Shown: one piece after another, positions 47,850 to 56,941 of the stretch | Position numbering within the stretch: position 1 is the stretch's first letter | Layout: each line of letters begins with the position of its first letter | Sequence record: PP488543.1 | DNA: 64,000 nt | Source of the DNA: Escherichia phage BP9 | Reading direction: 5' to 3' (one strand) | Translations under genes and position numbers: made by a program | Notes under the pieces: generated by a model | The model's database searches: none | What the model was told of the DNA's origin: nothing | The model's input: only the letters and a program-made list of their open reading frames with translations

Positions 47850-49828
47850 TTGTAAACAGTAATGAAACTAAAGCAGTGCTAACTGGAAATATGGAGGTCA
47901 CCAGGGGCTCAATTTCTCTGAACAAAGAGACTTTTGGGCTAATCATTAAAGGGATTTACGAAGATAAGGTGCTGGCAAGCTGCCGTGAACCAATCTTCAA
48001 TGCTGTGGACTCTCATGTTGAGTCTGGACGGGGTGATGTACCGATCATCATTCACTCTCCTACAGACCTTGAACCATACTTCTTTGTGCAGGACGTTGGA
48101 TTAGGCATGTCAGAAGAGATGGTCCGCAACACTTTCATGAACCTCGGAGAGTCAACCAAGCGCAACAGCAACGCTCTGGTGGGTAATAAAGGTGTTGGTT
48201 CAAAGGCCCCGTTCAGCATGGTGGACACTTTCGATGTGATCAGTGTACACAATGGTGTTGAAAGCACATATCTATTGTTCTTGGATCAGGGTATCCCAAA
48301 CGTTACCAAAATCCGCGAGCGGAAGACCGAAGAGCACAATGGGGTAAAAGTTCAGTTCCATGTTAAGAAAGAGCATGTTCTGAAATATCGCACTGCTATT
48401 GCATCATGCCTACGCTATGCAAAGTTTCCGTTTACCGTTACCGATCCTATGACCAATAAGATGCTGGAAGGTGACAAGGTTGAGGCGCAGTATCGCTACG
48501 AGAAAGATGGTTGGAAAATGACCATCCTAAAGGGCTATACCAGCTCTGACGAGAGTCGCGTGGTAATGGGTCACCAACCTTACCGTTCTAAGTTCCTGGA
48601 GACATTAACAGACTACCCTGCAATCTGTGTAGAGATCCCTATCGGGGATTGCAATATTAACCCTGGGCGCGAATGGACCATAGAGGGGCACGACGATGGT
48701 GGATTCCAAGAGCGGTTGGAGGCTTTTGTCAAAGAGGGTATCCGTCTTCGTGGGGCAGAAGTTGTTGCGGAATTGGAGACAGCAAAAACATCCTCAGAAG
48801 CACGTGAGATGATGAAGAACAGTGGAGTGTTCGGGCACATCTTCGGTAAGAATTTTATGTGGGACCGATGGGAAGAGACAGGACTAGGAAGTTTGGGAGA
48901 TTGTGAGATCTTCGCTGGCGGCTTAAATAAAGGCCGCATAGGTTACGCCTGCTACGGAAAGTCGGAGTTCTTACGAGGGGTCTACTTAGTGTTTAACGAC
49001 GGAGACGGCAAATATAACCGAAATAAGTGTAACTACTTAAGCGAGATCACCGGACGCAACGTTTTCTATTGCCGTAACACGGATTTGGTGGAAGAGTTTA
49101 AAGAAGCGGCACACCACCCGTTCTTTGCAGATACGGTCAAATTGTTATCAGAGCTTCCTCGCCGACCTGTGAAGAAAGGTGAAACCAAAACTCGTTACGA
49201 GCCAGGCTATTGGGTTAAAAAACTTGAGAAGGATGGTTACTTCCGTCGTGAGCGTATTACTAAGGCAGAGTTCAGGAAGATTAAGCACTGCATTCCTTAT
49301 GAGGGTGATATCCAACGTGGAAGTTGTTGGCTGGGACAGCTGAGTAACATCTACCAGCAAAATTATGACCGTGTGCGTGCGGCACTCCAGATTCCTGAAG
49401 GGGAAGATCTGTACCTAGTATCAGAATCTCGTCTGCTTTGGACTGATCCTGATTGCCAGTATGTTACAGAGAAGAATGTGGAACATTTGTTGAAAGAGGA
49501 CGCCTGGAAATTCTTACTGACTCGCGCAGCAAATGAAACTTCATATGACAGCCTGTATAGACAATTAGGGAAAATTATTCCCATGCAAGATTTTGGAAAT
49601 TATCGGCCACATTTCCACAAGTGGGAAGGTAACACCGCGTGGAAGCACAGTGAGCTAAATCATCGTGCCAAAATCTTAATCGCCAACCGAGTTAAATGCG
49701 GGAAGGCCTATATTGCAAGATTGGAAAAGAAATACCCACTTTTGAAGCATGTAGGCTTGAAATATTGGGACACTCCTGCTATGATTGAATACCGTGAACT
49801 GATCGATACAAAGAATAACATCAAATAA
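47846..49828 (+). CDS. GHKL (Bergerat-fold) ATPase-domain protein, possibly rIIA-like (660 aa)
   Basis: N-box FNAVDSHVESG, G1 box VQDVGLGMS and G2 box GNKGVGSKAPF in the N-terminal 150 aa; start overlaps the hydrolase stop (ATGA). The rIIA relationship is an inference from domain architecture. Confidence 0.55.
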   Translation: MIVNSNETKAVLTGNMEVTRGSISLNKETFGLIIKGIYEDKVLASCREPIFNAVDSHVESGRGDVPIIIHSPTDLEPYFFVQDVGLGMSEEMVRNTFMNLGESTKRNSNALVGNKGVGSKAPFSMVDTFDVISVHNGVESTYLLFLDQGIPNVTKIRERKTEEHNGVKVQFHVKKEHVLKYRTAIASCLRYAKFPFTVTDPMTNKMLEGDKVEAQYRYEKDGWKMTILKGYTSSDESRVVMGHQPYRSKFLETLTDYPAICVEIPIGDCNINPGREWTIEGHDDGGFQERLEAFVKEGIRLRGAEVVAELETAKTSSEAREMMKNSGVFGHIFGKNFMWDRWEETGLGSLGDCEIFAGGLNKGRIGYACYGKSEFLRGVYLVFNDGDGKYNRNKCNYLSEITGRNVFYCRNTDLVEEFKEAAHHPFFADTVKLLSELPRRPVKKGETKTRYEPGYWVKKLEKDGYFRRERITKAEFRKIKHCIPYEGDIQRGSCWLGQLSNIYQQNYDRVRAALQIPEGEDLYLVSESRLLWTDPDCQYVTEKNVEHLLKEDAWKFLLTRAANETSYDSLYRQLGKIIPMQDFGNYRPHFHKWEGNTAWKHSELNHRAKILIANRVKCGKAYIARLEKKYPLLKHVGLKYWDTPAMIEYRELIDTKNNIK

Positions 49829-49838
49829 GGAGACCAAG

Positions 49839-50738
49839 ATGATTTTCATCTACGAACATTTCAAAACCCGTAAAGAAGCAAGAGACCGCCGTGCAGAACT
49901 TGAGAAGAAGGGTTTCATATGTGCCATTGAGAAAGGCGACACAACCTGGACACTGGCAGTTGGTGCCCCAGAGTTGTTCGATCCTGACCGTGACAGCGTC
50001 TGCTACACCCGTGAAGATTTTGAAACCCGCGAAGAGGCCCGTTTATTTCGATACGGTCTGGAAGATAACGGTAAGTACGCCATGATCTTAGATTTAGGCG
50101 AAGGGTCCGTTAAACGTTGGGGCGTGGTATACCCACTGTGTGTTGTTCATGGTGTGGGGTTCACTGGGGTAGCAATCAAGTCAGAAGAACCTTTAGTAGA
50201 AGTCAAAGATCCGGTGCTGGAGGTGGTGAGCAGTGTATCTCAGCAACAGACTCGAAGTATTGAGCCTTTGGTAGTTATTTGTGGGGAACTCCTCCAGATC
50301 ACCTGCAACGAAGGCATTTTTGAAATTCGCCGCAGTGAAAGTGAGGAAGTTTACCAGAAAGTCTTCGACCATATCTCTGTCCAGAAATATGACGAGGCAA
50401 TTGGTGAAATCCTTGTCTGGTTGGAACGCAAGAATGAGTTCACTACACTTGCAGACAACCTGATCATGAAAGATGGTAAGCTCTACTACTACGGTGTAGA
50501 GATGCGATCCACCATTGCAAAGAAAATTGAGAAAGATTATGCAGACGGAACACTAGATGACCGCTATGTGAAATTCCTAGTTCGCCTGCTACGCAATCCT
50601 TCTGCAAAATCTGTAAACATGCTCTACGATTTTATGCAGGCCAACGATATCCAGCTTGCAGAAGATGGTCGAATCATTTGCTACAAAGGAGTTCATTTTC
50701 CATCGTTTTTTTGCCGAGCAGGAGCTGGAGTTCTTTAA
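49839..50738 (+). CDS. hypothetical protein with two N-terminal repeats; 3' end replaced by IS2 sequence (possible rIIB-like partner, unverified)
   Basis: Repeats [19 protein letters not shown] / [18 protein letters not shown]; the last ~17 codons are encoded by IS2-derived DNA (IS2 homology begins at about 50688), so the native C-terminus is lost. Confidence 0.4.
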   Translation: MIFIYEHFKTRKEARDRRAELEKKGFICAIEKGDTTWTLAVGAPELFDPDRDSVCYTREDFETREEARLFRYGLEDNGKYAMILDLGEGSVKRWGVVYPLCVVHGVGFTGVAIKSEEPLVEVKDPVLEVVSSVSQQQTRSIEPLVVICGELLQITCNEGIFEIRRSESEEVYQKVFDHISVQKYDEAIGEILVWLERKNEFTTLADNLIMKDGKLYYYGVEMRSTIAKKIEKDYADGTLDDRYVKFLVRLLRNPSAKSVNMLYDFMQANDIQLAEDGRIICYKGVHFPSFFCRAGAGVL

Positions 50739-50976
50739 TCTGCTTCATGGCAGCAGCAAGTTCAGAGGCAGGAACGACCTGTTCTCCTGCGGCCACAGCA
50801 GTAAGACTTCCCTCCTGGTATTGCTTGCGCCAGAGAAATAACTGGCTGGCTGCCACACCGTGTTGCCGGGCAACAAGGGAGACCGTCATTCCCGGTTCAA
50901 AGCTCTGCTGAACAATAGCGATCTTTTCCTGTGTAGTACGCCGTCTGCGTTTCTCCGGTCCTAAGACATCAATCAT
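50674..50976 (-). pseudogene. insC: truncated IS2 insC (orfA) reading out of the IS fragment into phage DNA
   Basis: InsC N-terminal ~96 aa are intact, then the frame runs across the junction at about 50688 and terminates at 50674. Confidence 0.8.
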
Positions 50977-51067
50977 CTGCTCTCCAATGACTAGTCTAAA
51001 AACTAGTATTAAGACTATCACTTATTTAAGTGATATTGGTTGTCTGGAGATTCAGGGGGCCAGTCTA
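50688..51067 (-). mobile_element. IS2 fragment (left inverted repeat plus 5' part of insC/orfA), truncated internally
   Basis: Reverse complement matches the IS2 left end TAGACTGGCCCCCTGAATCTCCAGACAACCAATATCACTTAAATAAGTGATAG... and the start of InsC ([84 protein letters not shown]..); only ~380 bp of the 1.3-kb element is present. Confidence 0.9.
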
Positions 51068-51386
51068 TATTCCACGCTGTACTGCAGTGATGAATGGAGT
51101 ATCTTCTGATCTTATCGGTTCAAATTCGTTTCAGGTAAACCCATCTATTTTTCACAAACATACTAGTTCAATCGATGTCAATAATGGAATTCATTCTATG
51201 GCATACGATAATCACATGGCCTCTGGTAACATTGCAGAAACTGAAATATCTGAACTTACTCAGGATATTGTATCTAAAATAAAACTTGGTTATGCAAGTG
51301 AAACGACTTCTGGAGTTGATGTTGTTATTGCCAGAGTGCAGGTTATTTTTGATGGATTAACATCATCTGGAGTTTGCAGGAAATAA
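51068..51386 (+). CDS. 3' remnant of a gene interrupted by the IS2 insertion (product unknown)
   Basis: The frame is open across the IS2 end at 51067; the encoded C-terminal ~100 aa are Gly/Ser/Asn-rich; no family recognised. Confidence 0.3.
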
Positions 51387-51549
51387 ATTTTGGCAACTAA
51401 TAAACCGCCTTACATTTATGGTTGTTTATGAATATTGTCATCAAAAACCAATGAATTGATAGTTATTTCAGAATATCTGATGGTTAAACATATATGGTTT
51501 GTTGTGTGTGGTGAGCTGTAAGTGAAGAGGTTCGATATGTACAAAAAAA

Positions 51550-51966
51550 ATGGTGTGTGCTATGTCGGTTAACATAACAACTGAGTCTTTAAATCAATGG
51601 CTTAGTGTGAGCTCTCTTGCTGCGGTTATCGTAGGCGTTCCGCCAGAGGTGGCGCTCGGTGCTCTTGCTGGCGCGGTAATTTTTGTTACCTCTGCGGTAG
51701 AGTATCCAATTCGTCGTCGCGTACTCTTGTCGATGCTCAGCTTTCTCTGCGGACTTCTTTTCTACAAACCAGCAGCATCAATTCTTATCGGCATAGCCAG
51801 CCTGATCCCTACCATCACGCAGGACTCTTTTGAAAAAGGTATTGTTTTCTCTGCTGGCGCATTCGTGTCAGCAATTGTCGCTGTGCGTATTGGTATATGG
51901 CTCTACCACCGTTCAGACAATCCACGCGATTTAATTCCGGGGAGAAAAGACGATGGTAACGCATGA
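51550..51966 (+). CDS. putative holin (multi-pass membrane protein, 138 aa)
   Basis: 3-4 predicted transmembrane helices; first gene of a cassette containing endolysin and spanins; alternative in-frame start at codon 5. Confidence 0.5.
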   Translation: MVCAMSVNITTESLNQWLSVSSLAAVIVGVPPEVALGALAGAVIFVTSAVEYPIRRRVLLSMLSFLCGLLFYKPAASILIGIASLIPTITQDSFEKGIVFSAGAFVSAIVAVRIGIWLYHRSDNPRDLIPGRKDDGNA

Positions 51967-52261
51967 GTTTTTTTTGCTTATCACCAATGCAGTTATTTGT
52001 ACTGGCATAGCAATTCGCGTTGTCACATTCCGGCGTAACGGATCTCAACACCGAAGATGGGGTGGGTGGATTGCTTATTTCCTGATTGTTGCTGCGGCCA
52101 GTATTCCTGTTCGTGTCGTTTATGCAATCTGGTTACGCACGCCAATGGCTGTGGATTTATCTGAGGTCATTATCAACGCTGTCATGCTTGCTGCGGTTAT
52201 TAAAACGCGCGGTAACGTCGTTCAGATTTTCAAAATAACGAGGTCTAAACATGGAGATTAA
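51953..52261 (+). CDS. putative second lysis membrane protein (holin/antiholin-like, 102 aa)
   Basis: Three hydrophobic helices; overlaps the holin stop and the endolysin start. Confidence 0.45.
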   Translation: MVTHEFFLLITNAVICTGIAIRVVTFRRNGSQHRRWGGWIAYFLIVAAASIPVRVVYAIWLRTPMAVDLSEVIINAVMLAAVIKTRGNVVQIFKITRSKHGD

Positions 52262-52880
52262 ACAATTCCAGCGAGCTGCTGGTATTAGAGAGGCGCTGGC
52301 CGCTCGCTGGTTCTCGCATATAACTTCTGCGATGAAAGAGTTTGGTATCAGCAAAGCAGAGGATCAGGCAATGTTTATTGCTCAGGTCGGGCATGAATCT
52401 GTGGGCTTCACCAGATTGCAGGAGAATTTCAACTACAGTGTCAGCGGTCTGGCTAACTTCGTTCGGGCTGGGCGTCTCACTCAGGGGCAGGCTAATGCAC
52501 TGGGTCGCCGTGCTGGTGAACCACCATTGCCACTCGAGCGCCAGCGAGCGATCGCCAATCTGGTGTACAGCAAACGCATGGGGAACAATTCCCCTGGTGA
52601 CGGCTGGAATTACCGAGGCCGTGGACTTATCCAGATTACCGGTTTGAATAACTATCGTGACTGCGGAAACGGCCTGAAAGTGGACCTGCTGGAGAATCCT
52701 GAACTGTTAGCGCAGGACGAATATGCGGCTCGTAGCGCGGCGTGGTTCTTCTCCAGCAAAGGTTGCATGAAGTATACCGGCGATATTGCACGTGTAACTT
52801 TGATTATCAATGGTGGCAGGAACGGCATCGACGACCGGAGAGCGCGGTACATCACTGCCAGTAAGGTGCTGGCGGTATGA
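52251..52880 (+). CDS. endolysin, glycoside hydrolase family 19 (chitinase-like lysozyme)
   Basis: GH19 signatures ([12 protein letters not shown] ... [16 protein letters not shown]) in a lysis-cassette context. Confidence 0.8.
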   Translation: MEIKQFQRAAGIREALAARWFSHITSAMKEFGISKAEDQAMFIAQVGHESVGFTRLQENFNYSVSGLANFVRAGRLTQGQANALGRRAGEPPLPLERQRAIANLVYSKRMGNNSPGDGWNYRGRGLIQITGLNNYRDCGNGLKVDLLENPELLAQDEYAARSAAWFFSSKGCMKYTGDIARVTLIINGGRNGIDDRRARYITASKVLAV

Positions 52881-53359
52881 TCTGGGCATTCGTAAAAGCA
52901 TACTGGAAACAGTTGCTTATCGTGGCGGTGCTTGCTGTTCTGGTCATATCAGGGGTTGTTGCCTGGAATGTACACGGTAGTCGTCAGTACGACGCCGGGT
53001 ATGCACAGGCGAAAGAAGACCGCAAAACCGAAGATGAGAGAGTTCGTCAGCACTACGAACAGGAGAAATCGATCAATGAACGTGAAGCGCAGCAGAGGAT
53101 CGACCAGGCGCGCAATGATGCTCTTGATGCTGCCGCTCGCGCTGGCCGGTTGCAGCAACAGCTCGTTGCCATCCGTGAGCAGCTCAGGCAGTATAACGCC
53201 ATTGTCGGCGCTGGGACGTCAGCCGCAGACACCGGAGTTTTGCTTGCCGACGTGCTCAGTAAATCTCTCGAGAGAAACAGACAACTGGCAGAGTATGCTG
53301 ACCGGGCAGCCGAAGCCGGAAGAGTCTGTGAAAAACAGTACGACACCCTGACCAGATAG
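52877..53359 (+). CDS. Rz: i-spanin (Rz-like)
   Basis: N-terminal transmembrane segment ([18 protein letters not shown]) followed by coiled-coil periplasmic domain; contains an embedded lipoprotein gene in another frame. Confidence 0.65.
   Translation: MIWAFVKAYWKQLLIVAVLAVLVISGVVAWNVHGSRQYDAGYAQAKEDRKTEDERVRQHYEQEKSINEREAQQRIDQARNDALDAAARAGRLQQQLVAIREQLRQYNAIVGAGTSAADTGVLLADVLSKSLERNRQLAEYADRAAEAGRVCEKQYDTLTR
53076..53351 (+). CDS. Rz1: o-spanin (Rz1-like outer-membrane lipoprotein) embedded within Rz
   Basis: ATG at 53076 preceded by AGGAGAAATCGATCA; lipobox LALAGC ([30 protein letters not shown]), Pro-rich mature part; entirely inside the Rz gene in a different frame. Confidence 0.7.
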   Translation: MNVKRSRGSTRRAMMLLMLPLALAGCSNSSLPSVSSSGSITPLSALGRQPQTPEFCLPTCSVNLSRETDNWQSMLTGQPKPEESVKNSTTP

Positions 53360-53532
53360 CATGGCATTTTTCATGGTACTGATTTCCGGTGACGGTATAT
53401 AAAACGGTACGGTAAAAATTGAGATTTGGAAAAATGTTATCACTCAATTGGTTATGGTATCCGTAAATAATTGAGTGGGAATGATTAACAGCTAACTCAT
53501 AGCAAATCATTCCTATTCAGATGCTAACTCAA

Positions 53533-53566
53533 CCCTCTGTTTTTGCAGAGGGTTTTTGTTTTTATG
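53533..53566 (+). terminator. rho-independent terminator downstream of the lysis cassette
   Basis: ccctctg-tttttg-cagaggg hairpin followed by tttttgtttttat. Confidence 0.6.
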
Positions 53567-53676
53567 TATTCATTTCTATTCACTCTACACCATATTTTTC
53601 GGCGGTACAGGTGACGGTATTACCTTAAAGGTATACTCTCATACCGTCATGAAAATGGTTTCTATATGGGTGAATT

Positions 53677-54933
53677 GTGCTTACCGATACAAAATTAAAA
53701 AACCTCAAGCCGCAGGACAAACTGTACAAGGTCTCCGACCGTGACGGGCTGTATGTAGCTGTGCTTACGTCAGGCACGGTCTCGTTTCGCTATGACTACC
53801 GTATCAACGGTCGCCGCGAAACACTGGTAATCGGGCAGTATGGGCGTGACGGTATCAGCCTGGCAGAAGCGCGAGAAGAACTGATTGCTGCAAAGAAGCT
53901 GCTTAAAGCAGGCCAGTCACCGGCTGCGGCTAAACGTGACGGTATCAAAAAGATTCGTGGTGCCGAGACGTTTGCGGTACATACCGACAGTTATATGAAA
54001 CACGTCATCCTGGCTGACAGTACCCGCGCAATGAAGCAGGCGGTGATCGACCGTGACATACTTCCGGTTCTTGGCAACAAAATGATGGCTGAAATTACCA
54101 CATCGATGGTTCGTGATTTGTGTGACCGGATTGTCGAACGCGGTGGTCGGGCAACAGCAGTACAGGCCAGGGAGATCATCAGCAGCGTATACCGTCACGC
54201 CAATGACCGTGGTCATGGTTTGTTTAATCCTGCGGCTGACATTAAACCTTCGTCTATCGCCATATTTAAACCACGAGAGCGAACACTGACACCAGAAGAA
54301 ATTGGCCTGTTCTTCCGCACGCTGGATGCCATTGGTGCTATGGGCACTATGAAAATGGCTTTAAAGCTGGTGCTTATCACTATGGTTCGTAAAGGCGAAT
54401 TCACCAATGCAACGTGGGATGAAATAGATTTTAAAAAATGGACATGGACAATTCCTTCAGACCGCATGAAGGGAAGCCGGGCGCACGTTATTTACCTGCC
54501 TAAACAGGCACAGGATATATTGGTTGGGTTGCAGATGTGCGCTGGTGGAAGTGAATATCTGGTTCCTGGTCGTTACAATTTCCGGAAGCCATTATCTAAT
54601 GCCGCGCTGAACTCTCTGATCGACAGAACGGTGAAAATAATAAATGAAGATGGTGAGCATATTCAGGGCTTCACCGTACACGATATGCGCCGTACAGCCA
54701 GTACGTTGTTGCATGAGGCTGGTTATCCTTCAGACTGGATTGAAAAGGCGCTGGCACATGAGCAGAAAGGTGTGCGCGCCGTATATAACAAAGCGGAATA
54801 CGCCAGACAGCGCGCCTGGATGTTGCAGCAGTGGGCCGATATGATTGATTCCTGGATTAACGGGGAGCATACGGATCTGATTCCGTTCTCCCCGTCGAAG
54901 TTTGAGAGGTGGATGGAAGACAGTAATAAATAA
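53677..54933 (+). CDS. int: tyrosine integrase, P4-like family
   Basis: N-terminus MLTDTKLKNLKPQDKLYKVSDRDGLYVAVLTSGTVSFRYDYRINGRRETLVIGQYG is the classic P4-type integrase arm-binding domain; the C-terminal catalytic region contains HDMRRT and a tyrosine near the end (RAVYNKAEY). Confidence 0.9.
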   Translation: MLTDTKLKNLKPQDKLYKVSDRDGLYVAVLTSGTVSFRYDYRINGRRETLVIGQYGRDGISLAEAREELIAAKKLLKAGQSPAAAKRDGIKKIRGAETFAVHTDSYMKHVILADSTRAMKQAVIDRDILPVLGNKMMAEITTSMVRDLCDRIVERGGRATAVQAREIISSVYRHANDRGHGLFNPAADIKPSSIAIFKPRERTLTPEEIGLFFRTLDAIGAMGTMKMALKLVLITMVRKGEFTNATWDEIDFKKWTWTIPSDRMKGSRAHVIYLPKQAQDILVGLQMCAGGSEYLVPGRYNFRKPLSNAALNSLIDRTVKIINEDGEHIQGFTVHDMRRTASTLLHEAGYPSDWIEKALAHEQKGVRAVYNKAEYARQRAWMLQQWADMIDSWINGEHTDLIPFSPSKFERWMEDSNK

Positions 54934-54935
54934 TT

Positions 54936-55595
54936 CTATCCTTCCTGGACTTTGGTAAGCGTCAGATTTCCGCAGAACACTGCGCCGGTGTCGATGTACA
55001 TCTGGTTTGCATACACCAGTGGGTGATGTGCTGGCGTATGACCGAAGATGAACAAATCGGCACCGGTTATCTCCGAGACAATACCGTCCTGCGCGTCGCT
55101 AACCCGCTCACGATTCCATATCACCATTTCTTCTGGTACTGGCTTATCGAATGCGTATTCGTTGTGCGGGTAGTCTGCGTGACAGATGACGACCTTCTTA
55201 TTGCCGGTAACCAGTTCGATAATCATCGGGAGGTTGGTAATCTTTGGCAGAAGGTATTTGAGTTGCACATCCTGCTCAGAATCAAGTTGGTGCCACCATC
55301 CACCGCCGTTTGACATCCAATGTCCGAAACTTCCGCCGTTGACCAGTGCATCCAGCATCATCTGCTCATGGTTGCCACGAACAGCTCGGAACCACGGCAT
55401 AGTAATCAAATCCAGGCATTCGACGTTTTCAGCGCCGCGGTCAACAAGGTCACCAACGGAAATAAGTAAATCGCGCGCCGGGTCGAATGAAACTTTGTCG
55501 AGTTCGTTCATCAGCAGCGTGTAGCACCCATGCAGATCGCCGACGACGAAGATATTGCACCAGTCAGCACCATTGATGCGTTGATATAGGTTCAT
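54936..55595 (-). CDS. Ser/Thr protein phosphatase (lambda NinI / PP-lambda-like metallophosphatase)
   Basis: Metallophosphatase motifs GDLHGC, GDLVDRG, GNHE. The probable start is the internal Met ([12 protein letters not shown]) at about 55595, giving ~219 aa and a 4-bp overlap with the upstream gene; the track ORF extends to 55715. Confidence 0.85.
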   Translation of the reverse strand: MNLYQRINGADWCNIFVVGDLHGCYTLLMNELDKVSFDPARDLLISVGDLVDRGAENVECLDLITMPWFRAVRGNHEQMMLDALVNGGSFGHWMSNGGGWWHQLDSEQDVQLKYLLPKITNLPMIIELVTGNKKVVICHADYPHNEYAFDKPVPEEMVIWNRERVSDAQDGIVSEITGADLFIFGHTPAHHPLVYANQMYIDTGAVFCGNLTLTKVQEG

Positions 55596-56242
55596 GCTGC
55601 ACGCTCCCGCCCCTGGTTGTCTATTGGTGACACCGGAGCATTGCTGAATGCATTTGTTAATCCGCCAATATCCAACGCGTATCCAGGGTGTAGTTGCACT
55701 ACCGGGTCTTCGCACTGATTACCCCAAACATCGAAGCCATGAGACGTCTGGCGGGCGAACAGTTCAATGCGAGAAACATCGCCTAACAATTGCACAAGTT
55801 TTTCACGAACGACATCTGGTTTTCTTGAATGCTCAAGCCGCGGTGCGGTAAATGCCTGAACGATCCCTGCATTAATGCGTGGAGGTAGTTTTCCCTTTAC
55901 TGCAAACAGGCAATCTTCACTATTGGCGCGAGTCATGTGTCCCATACCCATAACCAGTTTATCTGGTTGTCGACTACCACATTTTATCCACGTGAAGCCC
56001 TTCATCGTCATCAGACGAAATCCCCAGGCTTCAACAACTTTTAGTGCTTCGAGTGGTTGTGTTGGCACCCACCACATGGCCAACAGACAGTTTTCATCGG
56101 CCAAATCCCACACAGGAAGGCGGCAGATATCCAGCACACTCATAACCGGATATTTAAAACCGGCACCGCGATTACCATCTGCGGCTTTGTCCCGGTATAC
56201 CCAGGGTGGATCTGCATAGATTAGCGTGTATTTCTTAGTCAT
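55592..56242 (-). CDS. MT-A70 family N6-adenine DNA methyltransferase (orphan, no cognate nuclease seen)
   Basis: Catalytic DPPW motif ([10 protein letters not shown]) and the MT-A70 fold pattern. Confidence 0.8.
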   Translation of the reverse strand: MTKKYTLIYADPPWVYRDKAADGNRGAGFKYPVMSVLDICRLPVWDLADENCLLAMWWVPTQPLEALKVVEAWGFRLMTMKGFTWIKCGSRQPDKLVMGMGHMTRANSEDCLFAVKGKLPPRINAGIVQAFTAPRLEHSRKPDVVREKLVQLLGDVSRIELFARQTSHGFDVWGNQCEDPVVQLHPGYALDIGGLTNAFSNAPVSPIDNQGRERAA

Positions 56243-56534
56243 AAACCACCCCGCAACATCCTATGCCGCTATAGTCGCCACGGCGAAGGCCGTTACCTTT
56301 TGTGATACATTGGTCCCTGCGAACCGCGATCCTTGCACGCTCAACATCACCAGAAGCAACATCCATACACTTAAGCCAAAGGTGAGCGGCAATGCGGAAC
56401 TGTCCTTTTTTCTCTCTTTCAATTGCGCGTTTTTCGAACTCTATCGCCGCAGGAGTAACGGCGACAATCTTTGACGGACTGCGCATTGAAACCTTGTTCA
56501 TGTGATATTTTTCAAGTCGGCTTAACTTTCTCAC
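56235..56534 (-). CDS. hypothetical early protein (99 aa)
   Basis: ORF in the leftward early operon overlapping the methyltransferase start; no family recognised. Confidence 0.35.
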   Translation of the reverse strand: MRKLSRLEKYHMNKVSMRSPSKIVAVTPAAIEFEKRAIEREKKGQFRIAAHLWLKCMDVASGDVERARIAVRRDQCITKGNGLRRGDYSGIGCCGVVYD

Positions 56535-56643
56535 TTAATCCAACCCTCTCTGAAAATTAATGCCAGCAGATAAAGCCATGCTGAAACAGAGGCCAGGAAT
56601 AAGTACCATCCTGACCATTTGCTCCAGTGCCTTAGCAGCACAC

Positions 56644-56892
56644 TCATGCAGCGTTGCTCACAGGACGATATACACGTTGCTGAACAGGAGGCTTTTTACC
56701 CTGGAACTCTGCCGGGCTTGCTGCCTGACGTTCATCAAGCCAACGCTCAACTTCATCACGGTTCCATGCGCAGCGTTTGTCAGTGATATACCAGCGTTTA
56801 GGAAATTCCCCTGCGCGCTCCATGCGGTCGATAGTGCTCCATGACAGTGGCACCACCGCCAGGAGTTCCTTCTTACCTAATGCACCTTTCAT
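56644..56892 (-). CDS. AlpA-family transcriptional regulator / putative excisionase
   Basis: MerR-like helix-turn-helix (..ELLAVVPLSWSTIDRMERAGEFPKRWYITDKRCAWNRDEVERWL) typical of AlpA/Xis proteins that accompany P4-type integrases. Confidence 0.6.
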   Translation of the reverse strand: MKGALGKKELLAVVPLSWSTIDRMERAGEFPKRWYITDKRCAWNRDEVERWLDERQAASPAEFQGKKPPVQQRVYRPVSNAA

Positions 56893-56941
56893 AAATACCT
56901 CTCTTGGTTGCAGTGCGGCGCGCGTGGCGCCGCGGTGGTGG

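Noticed and set aside
49839-50738. Confident rIIB assignment for the gene downstream of the GHKL ATPase
   Set aside because: Only positional logic supports it; the sequence shows two short N-terminal repeats but no motif I can tie to rIIB, and the 3' end is replaced by IS2 sequence.
51387-51549. Late promoter/qut-like element or truncated Q antiterminator upstream of the holin
   Set aside because: No Q-like zinc-finger protein and no recognisable promoter plus terminator pair could be defined; the region directly follows the IS2 disruption, so the native arrangement cannot be reconstructed.
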